Source of the DNA: Octopus vulgaris
Taxonomy: Eukaryota
DNA length: 64,000 nt
Assembly (NCBI GenBank): GCA_951406725.2
Contig: OX597833.1
Location: 71,734,001-71,798,000 of the forward strand
Direction of reading: 5' to 3'
Part shown: positions 25,385 through 37,818 of the stretch, in pieces
How positions within the stretch are numbered: the stretch's first letter is position 1
How the letters are laid out: every line of letters begins with the position of its first letter
Program-made: the position numbers and the translations under genes
The notes under the pieces: model-generated
Told to the model about the DNA's origin: nothing
Seen by the model: only the letters and a program-made list of their open reading frames with translations
The model's database searches: none

Positions 25385-25710
25385 GGAGCACTCCGTCGGT
25401 TACGACGATGAGGGTCCCAGCTGATACGATCAACAGAAGAGCTTGCTCGTGGAATTAACGTGCAAGTGACTGAGCAATCCACAGACACGAGTACCCTTAA
25501 CATAGTTCTCAGGGAGATTCAGCGTGACACAGAATGTGACAAGGCCGGCCCTTTGAAATACAGGTACAACTCATTTTTGCCAGCTGAGTGGACTGAAGCA
25601 ATGTGAAATAAAGTGTCTTGCTCAAGGACACAACGCATCACCAGGAATCGAACTCACGACCTTACAATCGTCAGTCGAATGCCCCAACCACTAAGCCACA
25701 CGCCTTCACA
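25385..25710 (-). mobile_element. SINE related to family C (shared 3' body, different head)
   Basis: Shares GGAGCACTCCGTCGG..ACAAGGCCGGCCCTTTGAAATACAGG. Confidence 0.8.
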
Positions 25711-26044
25711 TGTATAAGTGTTACGAGTGTTGTAAATATAAGCATTTCTGGTGCTGCAGATGTAAATAGAAATAAAAGAAAATATGAATATCAATAGGTC
25801 AATGTTAGGTTAAGTAAGTGGTCTGTTATCTGCTTGGGAGGGGGAGAGAGAGAGAGAGAGACAGACAGACGGACAGAGAAGAGGGGGACAAGATTGTAGG
25901 TATGATAGAGGAGACCATCAGTATGGGAGGAAGAAAGGGGATTTCCAGTGAGAGAAGCAAGATTTCTGGTATTAGTGATTGGGGCGGGAATGGATGGTTG
26001 CATTGCAAACAAGGAAGGATTATTTTAGAGATAGTATGAAAATA

Positions 26045-26303
26045 CACTCTTTACATTTGATGGATATTTGTCCTCATCTTGTTTGTTGATAACACAATAT
26101 TTTGGCTGATATTCCCTCCAGGCTTTATCAGGTGTCTTGGGGGAAATTTTGAACCTGGGTTCTCATTCCTAAGGTATTTTCCCTCAAGACACCTGATGAA
26201 GGCTGGAGGGTATATCAGCCGAAACATTGTGTTAACAACAAACAAGATGAGGACAAATATCCGTCAAATGTAAATAATTCCTCATCTCTTAAATATAGAA
26301 CTG
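26045..26303 (+). mobile_element. Short Penelope-like insertion with inverted 5' duplication and 13-bp TSD
   Basis: Arms ~26051-26145 and ~26177-26273 are inverted copies; TAGTATGAAAATA flanks both ends (26032-26044, 26304-26316); contains hammerhead motif. Confidence 0.75.
26188..26233 (+). ncRNA. Minimal type I hammerhead ribozyme motif (Penelope type)
   Basis: GACAC-CTGATGA-A-GGCTG-loop-CAGCC-GAA-ACAT-T-GTGTT; ACAT is probably CpG-decayed ACGT. Confidence 0.7.
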
Positions 26304-26689
26304 TAGTATGAAAATATTTAGCCAAATTGAAAACATAGTGAGAAAAAAATTAAGGTTTACAGTACAAAAATATTTAGCCATAAAACACAGGGAGAAAAAA
26401 AAAACTAAGGGTCTAGAGGGACTTCAATTTGGAAGTTAATTGAAGAATTAAGGAGTAAAAATAAGACTGAGAGAGATTACGATTTGGAAGTTCTATGAAG
26501 GGTCAATTAAAATAATTAGTTTACGAAAGTACATATTGACAATAATGCGAGTGAGATGAATGAATGAATGAATCGATCAAAAAAATGAGAGAATATCTTA
26601 GCTTAGCTGTGAATATGATGGGAGCCAAGAATAAGCAAACACTGGAATAAAGTGCAAGAAAGTCTGAGAGGAAAACATAAGGTCCCTTA

Positions 26690-26718
26690 TACACACACAC
26701 ACACACACACACACATAA

Positions 26719-26750
<32 letters not shown>

Positions 26751-27116
26751 GCAAACATACACACACACACACACACATAAACATACATACATACACACAC
26801 ACAAACACACACGCAAACATACACACACACACACACACATAAACATACACATACATACACACACACAAACACACACACGCAAACATACATACACACACAC
26901 AAACACACACGCAAACATACATACACACACACAAACACACACGCAAACATACATACACACACACAAACACACACGCAAACATACATACACACACACAAAC
27001 ACACACGCAAACATACATACACACACACACACACAAACATACATACACACACACACACACAAACACACATACACACACACACACAAACATACATACACAC
27101 ACACACACAAACATAC

Positions 27117-27149
<33 letters not shown>

Positions 27150-27150
27150 A

Positions 27151-27187
<37 letters not shown>

Positions 27188-27256
27188 TACATACACACAC
27201 ACACAAACACACACACACACACACACACAAACATACATACACACACACACACACAA

Positions 27257-27299
<43 letters not shown>

Positions 27300-27338
27300 T
27301 ACATACACACACACACACACAAACATACACACATACAA

Positions 27339-27369
<31 letters not shown>

Positions 27370-27618
27370 CATACATACACACACACACACAAACACACAC
27401 ACAAACATACATACACACAAACACACACACGCAAACATACATACACACACACACAAACAGACACACAAACACACACACAAACAGACACACAAACACACAC
27501 ACAAACAGACACACAAACACACACACAAACACACACACACACACACACACAAACATACAAACACACACACAAACACACACACAAACACACACACACACAC
27601 ACACAACACACACACACA
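26690..27618. repeat. About 930-bp compound (CA)n/(CATA)n microsatellite
   Basis: Directly visible; source of the spurious 308-364 aa VC-repeat ORFs. Confidence 0.97.
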
Positions 27619-28425
27619 GGATGGATTTCTTTTCAGTTTCTGTCCAACAAACTCATTTCCATGTCTTTTATTCAGCCCTGGGCTATGGTAGAAGACCCTT
27701 GCTCAAGGTGCTGCGCAAATGGGATTGAACCTGAGACCACATGTTTGGAAAACAAACTCCTTTGTCATGAACCATTACCTGGCAAAAACACCTGAAGAAC
27801 ACCGAGAGTCCCCCCTACTCCTCCTCCTCCTCCTCGTCCCAACCCAGGTAAAGATCTAAACTGGTTAAAAGTACAAATTGGCAGCTAAGGAGGGGGGGGG
27901 GGGTGTACGTGTGTTTGTGAGTGCACATGTGTTTGTGTGTGTGTATGCGTGCGTGTGTGTGCGTGTGTGTGTACTTGTGTGTGTGCCTGTGTGCACGTGT
28001 GTGCCTGTGCGCATATGTGTGTGCGTGTGTATGCATGCTTGCGTGTGCGTGTGCATGTGTGTGCGTGTGTGTGTATTCAAACAGAATAAACTCTCGCGTG
28101 TGTGTGTTTTGTTGTGAGATCTTTTCTTTAAGGTTTGCTCATTTCTAAAACAAGAAACAAGAACAAACAACAACAACAACAACAACAGCAACAACAACAA
28201 CAAGAACAAGAACAGCAAGAACCTGAAAAACCATGTCAAAACTTGTCTTCATCATTGTGTTGTGTGGAGGGAGAAATACTTGACCTAAAAAACGACTAAA
28301 AAGGAATTGGGTGGGGGCCGAGGGGCAGCGGGGGGTGGGGGCAGAGGGGCAGCAGGGCGGGGGGGGGGGGGAACGATGGGGAAGAAAAGAAAGGAAAGAT
28401 TTTCATTTTCTATCACACCTTGTGT

Positions 28426-28461
<36 letters not shown>

Positions 28462-28848
28462 TCTTTTATTCCTTTACTTGTTTCAGTCATTTGACTGTGG
28501 CCATGCTGGGGCACTGCCTTTAGTTGAGCAAATTGACACCAGGACTTATTCTTTGTAAGCTTAGTACTTATTGTATCAGTCTCTTTTGCTGAACTGCAAA
28601 GTTATGGGGACGTAAACGCACCAGCATCAATTGTCAAGCGATGTTGGGGGGGGAGGACAAACACAGACACACAAACATATACATACATATATATGTATAT
28701 ATATGATGGGCTTCCATCTACCAAATCCACCCACAAGGCTTTGGTGGGCCTGAGGCTATAGTAAAAGACACTTGCCCAAGGTGCCACGCAGTGGAACTGA
28801 ACCAAGAACCATGTGGTTGGGAAGCGAACTTCTATCCACACAACCACA
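28462..28848 (-). mobile_element. SINE family A
   Basis: Similarity to other copies. Confidence 0.85.
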
Positions 28849-29096
28849 TATGTATGCATGCATGGATGGATGGATGGATGGATGGATGGATGTATGTGTG
28901 TGTGTATGTATGTATGCATGTATGTATGCATATGTGTGTGTATGTATGTATGCATGTATGTATGCATGTGTGTGTGTGTGTATGTAATATGTATGTATGT
29001 ATGTTTGTATGTATAGATGTATGTATGTGTGTATGTATGCATGTATGTATGTATGTATGTATGCATGTGTGTGTGTGTATGTAATATGTATGTATG

Positions 29097-29130
<34 letters not shown>

Positions 29131-29200
29131 TGTATGTATGTATGTATGTATGCATGTGTGTATGTATGTATGTGTGTGTGTGTGTTTGTGTGTGTTTGTG

Positions 29201-29233
<33 letters not shown>

Positions 29234-29247
29234 AGTATATATATATA
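28849..29247. repeat. Compound (TGGA)/(TATG)/(TG) microsatellite
   Basis: Directly visible. Confidence 0.95.
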
Positions 29248-30293
29248 CTACAAAGTGAGTCGGTCCCTGTTGGTTGCTTATTTCCAGCTGTGTTCTGTCG
29301 CAGCAGCTCAGTTGATGCGTCGTCTGTTGCTGACATCATCAGATCCCAGCATCGAATGCCAGAGTTTGGATGCAAATTTCACCTGAGTACTCACACCGGC
29401 CACCTGTTACCTTATGTTATTTGACATCTTATATATATGGTGTGTGTGTGTGTATTGTTTACAGTTCCCTTATAGGTAGGATCAACAAAAATAACTCTCC
29501 ATCCAGTGAAAGATAAAAACCATTTAACATTCAGAATTACAAAAGGTCTACCAATGGTTTCATGCCTTGAGATTCATTAAATTAGCCATTAATTATGTAA
29601 CGAGCCATTTATCTCCAAGCAATCTGAGCTGAGCCTGAATGATTGCTCGGAGATACACAGCACGTTATAGAAATCTACCAATTTAATGTACCTCAAAGCA
29701 TGAAACTACTAATAGCTCTTTTGTAATCCTGAATATTGAACAGTGTGTGTGTGTGTGTATTAGGGGCCATTTGGGATAGTGCTGATATTGTCTTCCTAGT
29801 GAGACAATAACTGGGAAAGTTCTTGGGAAGGACCAAATGAATGTACCTAGCATTTGTCATCCCGGGGAGGGTGTTTGCTGAAGTAACACACTCTGTAGTG
29901 TTGGGGTTGTGAAGGGCTGCAAAGTTTAGATAAATAGCTTCTGGTGAGATCCTGCCATGGAAGGTGCAAGAAAGTATAGCAGTGAATTCATCATGGAAGT
30001 AGATGTCTGTCGGGAATCAGTTCCAAGTCCCCTCTTGGGTCTTCTAGTTCTAAGGGCCATAATAGAGAAGTTACGACTGGTCAGCCATGTGTCTATTATG
30101 TTTATTTGATTGGTCCTCATTGCTGAGCCTGACAAATAATTAGGGAAGAAATTGTAAATATAGAAGCAAAACCCAGAAGTAATGGGTAAGTTAGATAGGA
30201 TGGTTAAAGGTAAGTTAGAAAAAATATGCGATGGGAAATAAAAATGAAATATTGATCGATAATATTATTTTTGTTTTCCTGGTATTAGAAACA

Positions 30294-30336
30294 ACTGTGG
30301 ACATGTTTCAGTCCTTTCTGACCTCATCAGTAAAGC
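30294..30336 (-). ncRNA. Hammerhead ribozyme core with eroded helix I
   Basis: Reverse complement reads CTGATGA-GGTC-AGAAAG-GACT-GAA-ACATGT-C-CACAGT: intact core, palindromic ACATGT, GTC triplet. Confidence 0.65.
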
Positions 30337-30999
30337 ATAACCCACATCATGGTAAATGCAGGGTTAAAAGAATAGACTTGTTTAGAAAGAAAACTGCTTT
30401 GAGAAATTAAAGTACAAGTTGTTTGTCCTGAGAGGCTTTGTGTTATTTTCTCTTTGTATAAGTGTGAAAATGAAGTTGTGAGAGAGACTATAATGGAAGC
30501 TTGTGTGTTTCGTGTGAGAAAATGTGAGCAGATATTTTGCAGGTCAGCACACGATTTTCAGAGAAAGCGTTTAAGACTGTACTGTATGAATCGAGGGAGA
30601 TTTTGCTCCTACTTCCAACAGGTTGAGTCACCATTTAGAGCAGGGACAGGGGAGGAACCTTTTTATTACAATGGGAAAACAGTGAGTGCATGAGAACTTG
30701 TGATGTGGTGAGGTTCACACATGTGCCAAGAAATATAATGGATTTTCCTGAGATGTTTGGCAATGAGAGTCTTTAAGGAGTTTCTCTGGTGTAAAGGATT
30801 CCTTGTAGTCTCAAGAGAAGAGTAGTGTCATATGTTAATATCCAGTGTTATGAGAATGAGTTGACCCCAGTTCATTACTGGTAGTTGAGGCACATTAATG
30901 GCAAAGTCAGTGATGGATGGATTTTGTACTCAGATTGTAGTAAGGTTGACATTAAATAGTGTAAGTCATTTGAAATTGTCTTTACAATTTTACCAATAA

Positions 31000-31590
31000 T
31001 AATAATGAGAGCAGTCGGAGAGCGCACAAACCTCAGCAAAGGCAACACCAAGGGTCCTCTCAGCAAAGGCAACACCAAGGGTCCTCTCAACGATTAGAAA
31101 TAAACTCGACTGCTCTCACAAACGAGACTACTAAAAATGAACCTGATTGCCCTTAAAAATCAAGTAAAAAAAAACAGGAAAGATAATCCAGAACCCTTGT
31201 CTGGTACCTGATCGATCCCAATGGTAGTCATGGAATATGAAGGTGGTTGTAGGAAATTTAGTAACAGTAATAAATAGTTTATCCTCATCAAATACAAACC
31301 AAAGTTAAAAAATTCATCCTTGAAAACAGTTACAGCCTAAAGGGAGATAATCAGGGAAAGACTCGAAAGTCAATGTAAGATTCTAATCATGTGAAGTAAA
31401 TATAACAAATAATCCAGAATCCTTGTCCGGTACCGGATCGATCCCAAAATCTGATCAGTTTGTGCCAGTCACGAGGCCAAACATCCCTGAAAGTTTCATC
31501 TGAATCCATCCAGAGGTTCTTGAGATATCTTGTCTAAGGGACAAACACTACTGAAAACAATACCTCTGCCTTTGCTAAGGCGGAGGTAAT
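31000..31590 (+). mobile_element. Helentron/HINE (DINE-1-like) non-autonomous element
   Basis: 5' ACCTCAGCAAAGGC sub-TIR; internal duplicated AATCCAGAA.CCTTGTC.GGTACC.GATCGATCCCAA; 3' hairpin TACCTCTGCCTT..AAGGCGGAGGTA. Confidence 0.55.
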
Positions 31591-32016
31591 GATAATAATA
31601 ATGATGATGATGATTTCAAATTTTGGCAGAGGTACATTGATTACATCAGCCCCAGTGCTCAACTGGTACTTACTTTATCGACCCTGCAAGGAGGAAAAGC
31701 AAAGTCAACCTCGGAAGAATTTGAACTCAGAACATAAGGAGGCACAAAATACTGCTAAGCATTTCGCCCGGTGTGCTAACGATTCTGCCAGCTTTCCCCC
31801 TTAAATAATAATGATAATCCTTTCTACTGGAAGCACAAGGCCTCAAATTTGGAGGAAGGGAATAGGTCGATTGGATTGACCCCCAGTGCATAACTGGTAC
31901 TTACTTAATAGACCCCGACAGGATGAAAGGTAAAAATCAACCTCAGCAGAGTTTGAACTCAGAACGTAAACACAGGTGAAATACCACCAAGAATTTCACC
32001 CAGCTTGACACCTTAA

Positions 32017-32047
<31 letters not shown>

Positions 32048-32407
32048 GATACTTTTATGCCGCTTTCAAGGTTTTCCAGTTTAGTCCTTTAGTTACCAAT
32101 AATCTTGTTTATTTTGTTGTTTGCTGCTCAAACATTCAAATCCATTTTTAAACCGGTTCACATTTTCAAAAGTTTAGCTGCCAACCTTTCAGTGGCATTT
32201 GAAATGGAAGATGAACTGGTTATGTTTCAATTTATTTTGGAAATAACCAAGATTTGGCACAGATTCAGTACACTAATTTTATCATCATCAAGTCAGTATT
32301 TGGGTGAATTTAGCAAAAGATTCTTAAATAAAATAGATCAAAATTGATGTTGGCTCATCTAATGAGATCCCAATAAGGTTGGTTTATGATTGTTCATCCT
32401 TTTTATA

Positions 32408-32569
32408 GGCGCAGGAGTGGCTGTGTGGTAAGTAGCTTGCTTACGAACTACATGGTTCCGGGTTCAGTCCCACAGCGTGGCACCTTGGGCAAGTGTCTTC
32501 TACTATAGCCTCGGGCTGACCAAAGCCTTGTGAGTGGATTTGGTAGACGGAAACTGAAAGAAGCCTGTC

Positions 32570-32629
<60 letters not shown>

Positions 32630-32838
32630 GTTTGTGTGTTTGTGTTTTGTCCCCCCAACATTGCTTGACAACTGATGCTGGTATGTTTACATCCCCATAA
32701 CTTAGCGGTTCGGCAAAAGAGAGTGGTAAAATAAGTACTTGGCTTACCAAGACTAAGTCTTGGGGTCGATGTGCTCAGCTAAAGGCGGTGCTCCAGCTTG
32801 GCCACAGTCAAATGGCTGAAACAAGTAAAAGAGTAAAA
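32408..32838 (+). mobile_element. SINE family A, full length
   Basis: GGCGCAGGAGTGGCTG head, AAGTAAAAGAGTAAAA tail. Confidence 0.9.
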
Positions 32839-33300
32839 TGTTGATGGAATTTTATGAAATTCAGAAATATTTCATTTTTTTTTGCACTCAGAATTGTTGA
32901 TGCTTCCAAGAACAAACTTCTCTGCTGCTAGTTATAAGAACACTACATCCTTCAAAAAGTCCAGGCTTCCTGAAATTCTCCAACACCACTCCTGACATGC
33001 CTACCCACCCTTTCCTCTTCTGATCTTCACCCTTCTCTACTCCTGTGTCCTATTCTCTCTCTCCTCTCCTGACATGCCTACCCACCCTTTCCTCTTTTGA
33101 TCTTCACCCTTCTCTACTCCCGTGTCCTATTCTCTCTCTCCTCTCCATGTATTTCCTGCTTCCATTACCGTTTTCTTTCTCTCCTTGACTTCTATGTCTG
33201 CTCTCTGTCCCCCTTTTTTAGCCTTTTCCAACAAGTTGTTGTGCACCCAAGCAATAAGCTCATTATATATTATATAAGCTCATTATATTATATTATAATA

Positions 33301-33335
<35 letters not shown>

Positions 33336-33353
33336 TTAATAATAATAATAATA

Positions 33354-33450
33354 ATGACACTCTAGGCATAATACCAACTTGAACTTGTCTCTTGAGGTCT
33401 CTGGGTGAGACTTGGAGTCAACTTGTACAAATACAAAGCAAAAGTTAAAC

Positions 33451-33481
<31 letters not shown>
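33354..33481 (+). mobile_element. Short LINE 3' end, probably Dong-like, between (TAA)n runs
   Basis: About 100 bp of unique sequence flanked by (TAA)n on both sides. Confidence 0.5.
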
Positions 33482-33483
<2 letters not shown>

Positions 33484-34269
33484 AATTATTGTGCAGAGTG
33501 CTCAGGTGCACCACAACTCATCAAAGGTGCATGTACAGTGAATAGAATTATGTACAAAAGCCAGGAAAGTGAACAGTGTATGAGTCGTGATATACATGTG
33601 TGCATGTGTATGGAGTGGGGGGTGGGGATATAAGGTTTTGAGTCGTCGAATTTCAGGAAGGATGGAGGTTCTAAAGGATTCAGTGTTTTAAATAAGTGGT
33701 TTTTCTGAGAACCAAAGTTAGTCTTTCATTCTTTCAGGGTCAGTAAATTAAATACCGTCAAACACAAAGGTTGAGGTTAACAACAAACTCCTCCCCACAG
33801 AATTCCAGGCTTTGTGCCAAAAGCAGAAAGTATTGTTGTTGTCGTTGTTGTTGTTATTATTGTGCTTACTATCAATTTATTTCAACAACATTTCTAAATA
33901 TCCCACATTTTTAAAAGTTGTATTTTTAAGCCAAGGAGTTTATTTCTATTTGTGTGTGCGTGTTTGCTGGAAATAAGCTTTGAAATTATTTTGAAAGCAT
34001 TCAAACACACAATTTCCTGCCCTATTCATAAACATGGCTCATTCTGCCGTTTAAAATATTTTCCATCTTTTTCTTAAAATGATCTTCAAGTTCAGTCTAA
34101 CATAAATAATATTGACCAAATCCATTCCCATCGTCTGCAGAATGTCAGCAGACTTTATGGAAAATAGATTTGACTTTCTGTGAATCGGATGAGAAATATT
34201 TGGGATAATATGTTTTAAGATAACAGTACTTTTAGGGGACAAATAAATGGATCAGTAATATACCAAAGG

Positions 34270-34543
34270 GAACAGTAATATATGAAAGGAGACAGTCATA
34301 TATGAAAGGGGACAGTCATATATGAAAGGGGACAGTCATATATGAAAGGGGACAGTAATATATGAAAGGAGACAGTCATATATGAAAGGGGACAGTCATA
34401 TATGAAAGGGGACAGTCATATATGAAAGGGGACAGTAATATATGAAAGGAGACAGTCATATATGAAAGGGGACAGTCATATATGAAAGGGGACAGTAATA
34501 TATGAAAGGAGACAGTCATATATGAAAGGGGACAGTCATATAT
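34270..34543. repeat. 20-bp minisatellite (GACAGTCATATATGAAAGGG) x about 13
   Basis: Direct tandem copies with a recurring variant unit. Confidence 0.95.
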
Positions 34544-35199
34544 CACACAAACCTGGCCATGTGTGATATACATGGTTCTGTGTTCAATCCTAGGGTGTGG
34601 AACTTTGTGCAAGTGTCCCCTGCCATAGAGCCAATTCATACCAAACCTTGCGAGTGGAGCTGGATTGATGGAAACTGTGGAGAAGCTTGTTGGCTGGTCT
34701 GTAACTGCACCTGTTATTGGGTGATAGATGTAATTTCTCACCTGGTTTCACATCACCACCTAGCTCCTGAGTACCTTTAGCAGAATTCACCCAATTGCAA
34801 GGATTTTGGCAGTCTTTCTTTCACAGGGAACTCCTTTCATTCTCGGTCTCTCTGTTCCCCAAAATGGTGCCGAGGGTCTTTTTCCTTTGATTTATTTCTT
34901 TATTTTTATAAACTGAATGAGAATGGCTCAGCCTTTGCCTCACTTTCAGGAGTCGAACTCCAGTAAGTGTTGGGGACACTAAACTCAGTCAAGGAGCAGA
35001 AAAGTGAAAAAGACAAAGATAGAAACAAAACGAGGGACCTTAAAAGGTTGAAGTTATTTAATCAACTGGTTTGCATCAAGTCATGAGGTATAGAGAGGAA
35101 GAAGTCATTCAGAGGTTGGCCCCAGGGGAGAAATGTAGTTTACACATAATAGATGTCTTGTGGTGTAGAAAAGGAATGGCTTGGCTCAGGTGTGTAAAT

Positions 35200-35465
35200 G
35201 TAATTGTGAGGGCCATACAAACATTGTAGGGAGCTGTGAGTTGGGGGATCAATTTAACATGCAGGTTAGAGTTCATCAGGGCTCAGTCCTCAGCCCCCTC
35301 CTGTTTATTGCTGTCATACAAAGCATAATGGAAAACTTTTTACACTGGCTCCCTATGGGTTCTCCTGTATGTTGATGATTTGATTCAAAGAGTCAAATCT
35401 GTAGATTTAGGGAAGTAATTCCATCTCTTGAAATAAAACCAAGAACTGAGCGGCCTCAAAGTCAT
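35200..35465 (+). mobile_element. RT fragment of the same RTE family
   Basis: VHQGSVLSPLLF peptide. Confidence 0.7.
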
Positions 35466-36930
35466 CACCATCATCATCATCGTTTAACGTCCGTTTTCCA
35501 TGCTAGCATGGGTTGGACAGTTCGACTGGGGTTTGGGAAGCCAGGAGGCTGCACCAGGCTCCAGTCTGATCTCGCACTGTTTTTACAGCTGGATGCCCTT
35601 CCTAATGCCAACCACTCTGAGGGTGTAGTGGGTGCTTTTTACGTGCCACTGGCACAGGTGCCAGGGGAGGCTGGCAACGACCATGATTGGTTGGTGCTTT
35701 TTACGTGCCACCGGCAAGGAAGCCAGTCAAGGCAGCGCTGGCATTGGCCACATTCGGATGGTGCTTTTTACGTGCCACTGGCACAGGTATCACAACTACA
35801 ATTTCCATTTGATTAGCAAAGATTAAAGTTTTATTGAAGAAGAAAACAAGACTCTCTACTATCAGACCAGGCTCAATATGCAGAAAGGAATTGGTAGAAA
35901 TTCCATACAGTGTTCCCAGTGTAAACTAAGGCTGCAAAGAGTGGGATTATAGACAAGGTTGTAGTGACCGCAGACTTCATATTTTGCAGATTTGCAAGAG
36001 CAGTTCGTATAACAAGGCACACTATATAAAGCCCTTAAAATGCTCAAAATGCTCAAAATGTTTCTTAGAAGTTGTTGAGAGCTTTTGCTACCCAGGTACC
36101 CTAATTTGCTGTGGAGGTGGATGTTCCAAAACCTTTTTAGTTTAAGTAAGAAGAGCAAGGAGGAAGTTCAGAGAGAGAGAGATAATGCCTGTGTTGAGAG
36201 CAAAAGGTTTTCCCCTTCACCCCCCCCCTCAGAAACCCCATTTTGCCTGCATAAAGTGTGATGCTGCAAAATGGTGAGAACTGGGTATCGAATGCAGAGA
36301 GTTTTTAAAGACTTGAAAGAAATGAAACGTGTTCCACTGTATGGCAATACAAAGGGGGGAGAGAGAGAGATGTGGTGTGTAGGGAGAATGATTGCTGTGT
36401 AAAGAAGGTGACAAGCTGAGGCAGAGGGAGACCCAGGAACTCCTTGGGATGAAATAGAGAAGATGTTGAGCCTCATAAAGGAACGGATAAAGGACCAACC
36501 GTGGTTGGTGATAAATGATGCTGGAGACGAAGATCCATTCAAGCAAACACGAAGAATTAAACCTTACAATGGAGACAGAGATGATGAGGGATGGTGGTGG
36601 TGGTGGTGGTGGTGGTGGTGGAGGAACCATGTGATATGTCTGTATTTGGGTCCCTGGCTCCTTATGTTCCTTTTTACCCACCCCTCCTCTTCATTGTCCT
36701 CTTGTCTTTCTATTACTCATCCTCTCTCTCTCTCTCCATTGGTTCTCTCTCTTCATTACTTTGAGATTCTCAGGTAACAACAGATGGCAATCTACCCTAC
36801 TCTCTACCCTGCCACAATCCTTATCACTCTACATCTCTCTCTCCCCCTCTCTCCTTCCCCCTCTCTCTTTCCTATCTCCCTCTCTCTCCTTCCCCCTCTC
36901 TCTTTCCTCTCTCCCTCTCTCTCCTATATG

Positions 36931-36967
<37 letters not shown>

Positions 36968-37029
36968 ATAAAACGGTAAGATAACAAAAGAAAGAAAGAG
37001 ACCTCAATATTATGTAAATAGAGGAAATT

Positions 37030-37165
37030 TATCTATACAATAATATGTTACTTTACTCGGTAGTCAAGATAAAACTCTGAGTTTCAGATGCCGAAGTGGA
37101 TTTCCACTTCGGCATCTGAAACTCAGAGTTTTATCTTGACTACCGAGTAATGTAACATATTGTAT

Positions 37166-37170
<5 letters not shown>
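37030..37170. repeat. About 140-bp near-perfect palindrome, Penelope-like fragment
   Basis: ..GAGTTTCAGATGCCGAAGTGGA-TT-TCCACTTCGGCATCTGAAACTC..; GAA-ACTC-A-GAGT-T resembles a hammerhead 3' half. Confidence 0.85.
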
Positions 37171-37225
<55 letters not shown>

Positions 37226-37504
37226 TACTTATATATATATACTTATGAATGTATATCTTTTATCCTTTTACTTGTTTCAGTCTCATTAGACTGCGACCAT
37301 GCTGGGGCACTGCCTTGAAGAGTTTCAGTCGAGCAAGTCAGCCCCAGAACCTATTTCTTGGAGGCCTGCTACTTATTTTATCAGACTCTTCTGCTGAACT
37401 GCTAAGTTAGCAAATCAATACCAGTTGTCAAGCAGCAGTGGAGCAAAAACACAAATACAAAGACACACACATGCACACACACACGCACGCACGCACACAC
37501 GCAC

Positions 37505-37757
37505 TCATCTTTCTTTTAATGCTCAGAATTGCTGAAGCATGGAATAAACTACCCCCATCAGGTGTTAGCTATCAGGACACTACATCCTTCAAAACTTCCA
37601 TTCTCCTTGAAATATGCCAACACAACACCTGCAACCTTATTTTTGTCTTCTTTTCCACTGTTCACTTCCTGGGTATATTCTACATGCTCTTCATGCAGTT
37701 TTGCTTACTTTTTCTGAGGAGTTGTAGTGCACCTGAGCAGCACTATGTTCAATAAGT

Positions 37758-37760
<3 letters not shown>
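37505..37760 (+). mobile_element. CR1-like LINE 3' end (related copies at ~9860-9995, ~32870-33260, and minus ~33482-33690)
   Basis: LRIAEAWNKLP..V...TSFK peptide; conserved GAGTTGTAGTGCACCTGAGCA followed by (TTA)n tail. Confidence 0.75.

Positions 37761-37818
<58 letters not shown>

Noticed and set aside
26521-27617. Longest ORFs in the track (308-364 aa, VC-rich)
   Set aside because: Translation of a (CA)n compound microsatellite, open in three frames.
34270-34543. Regular short repeats resembling a CRISPR array (also 50807-50966)
   Set aside because: No unique spacers, no cas genes, eukaryotic context; these are plain tandem repeats.
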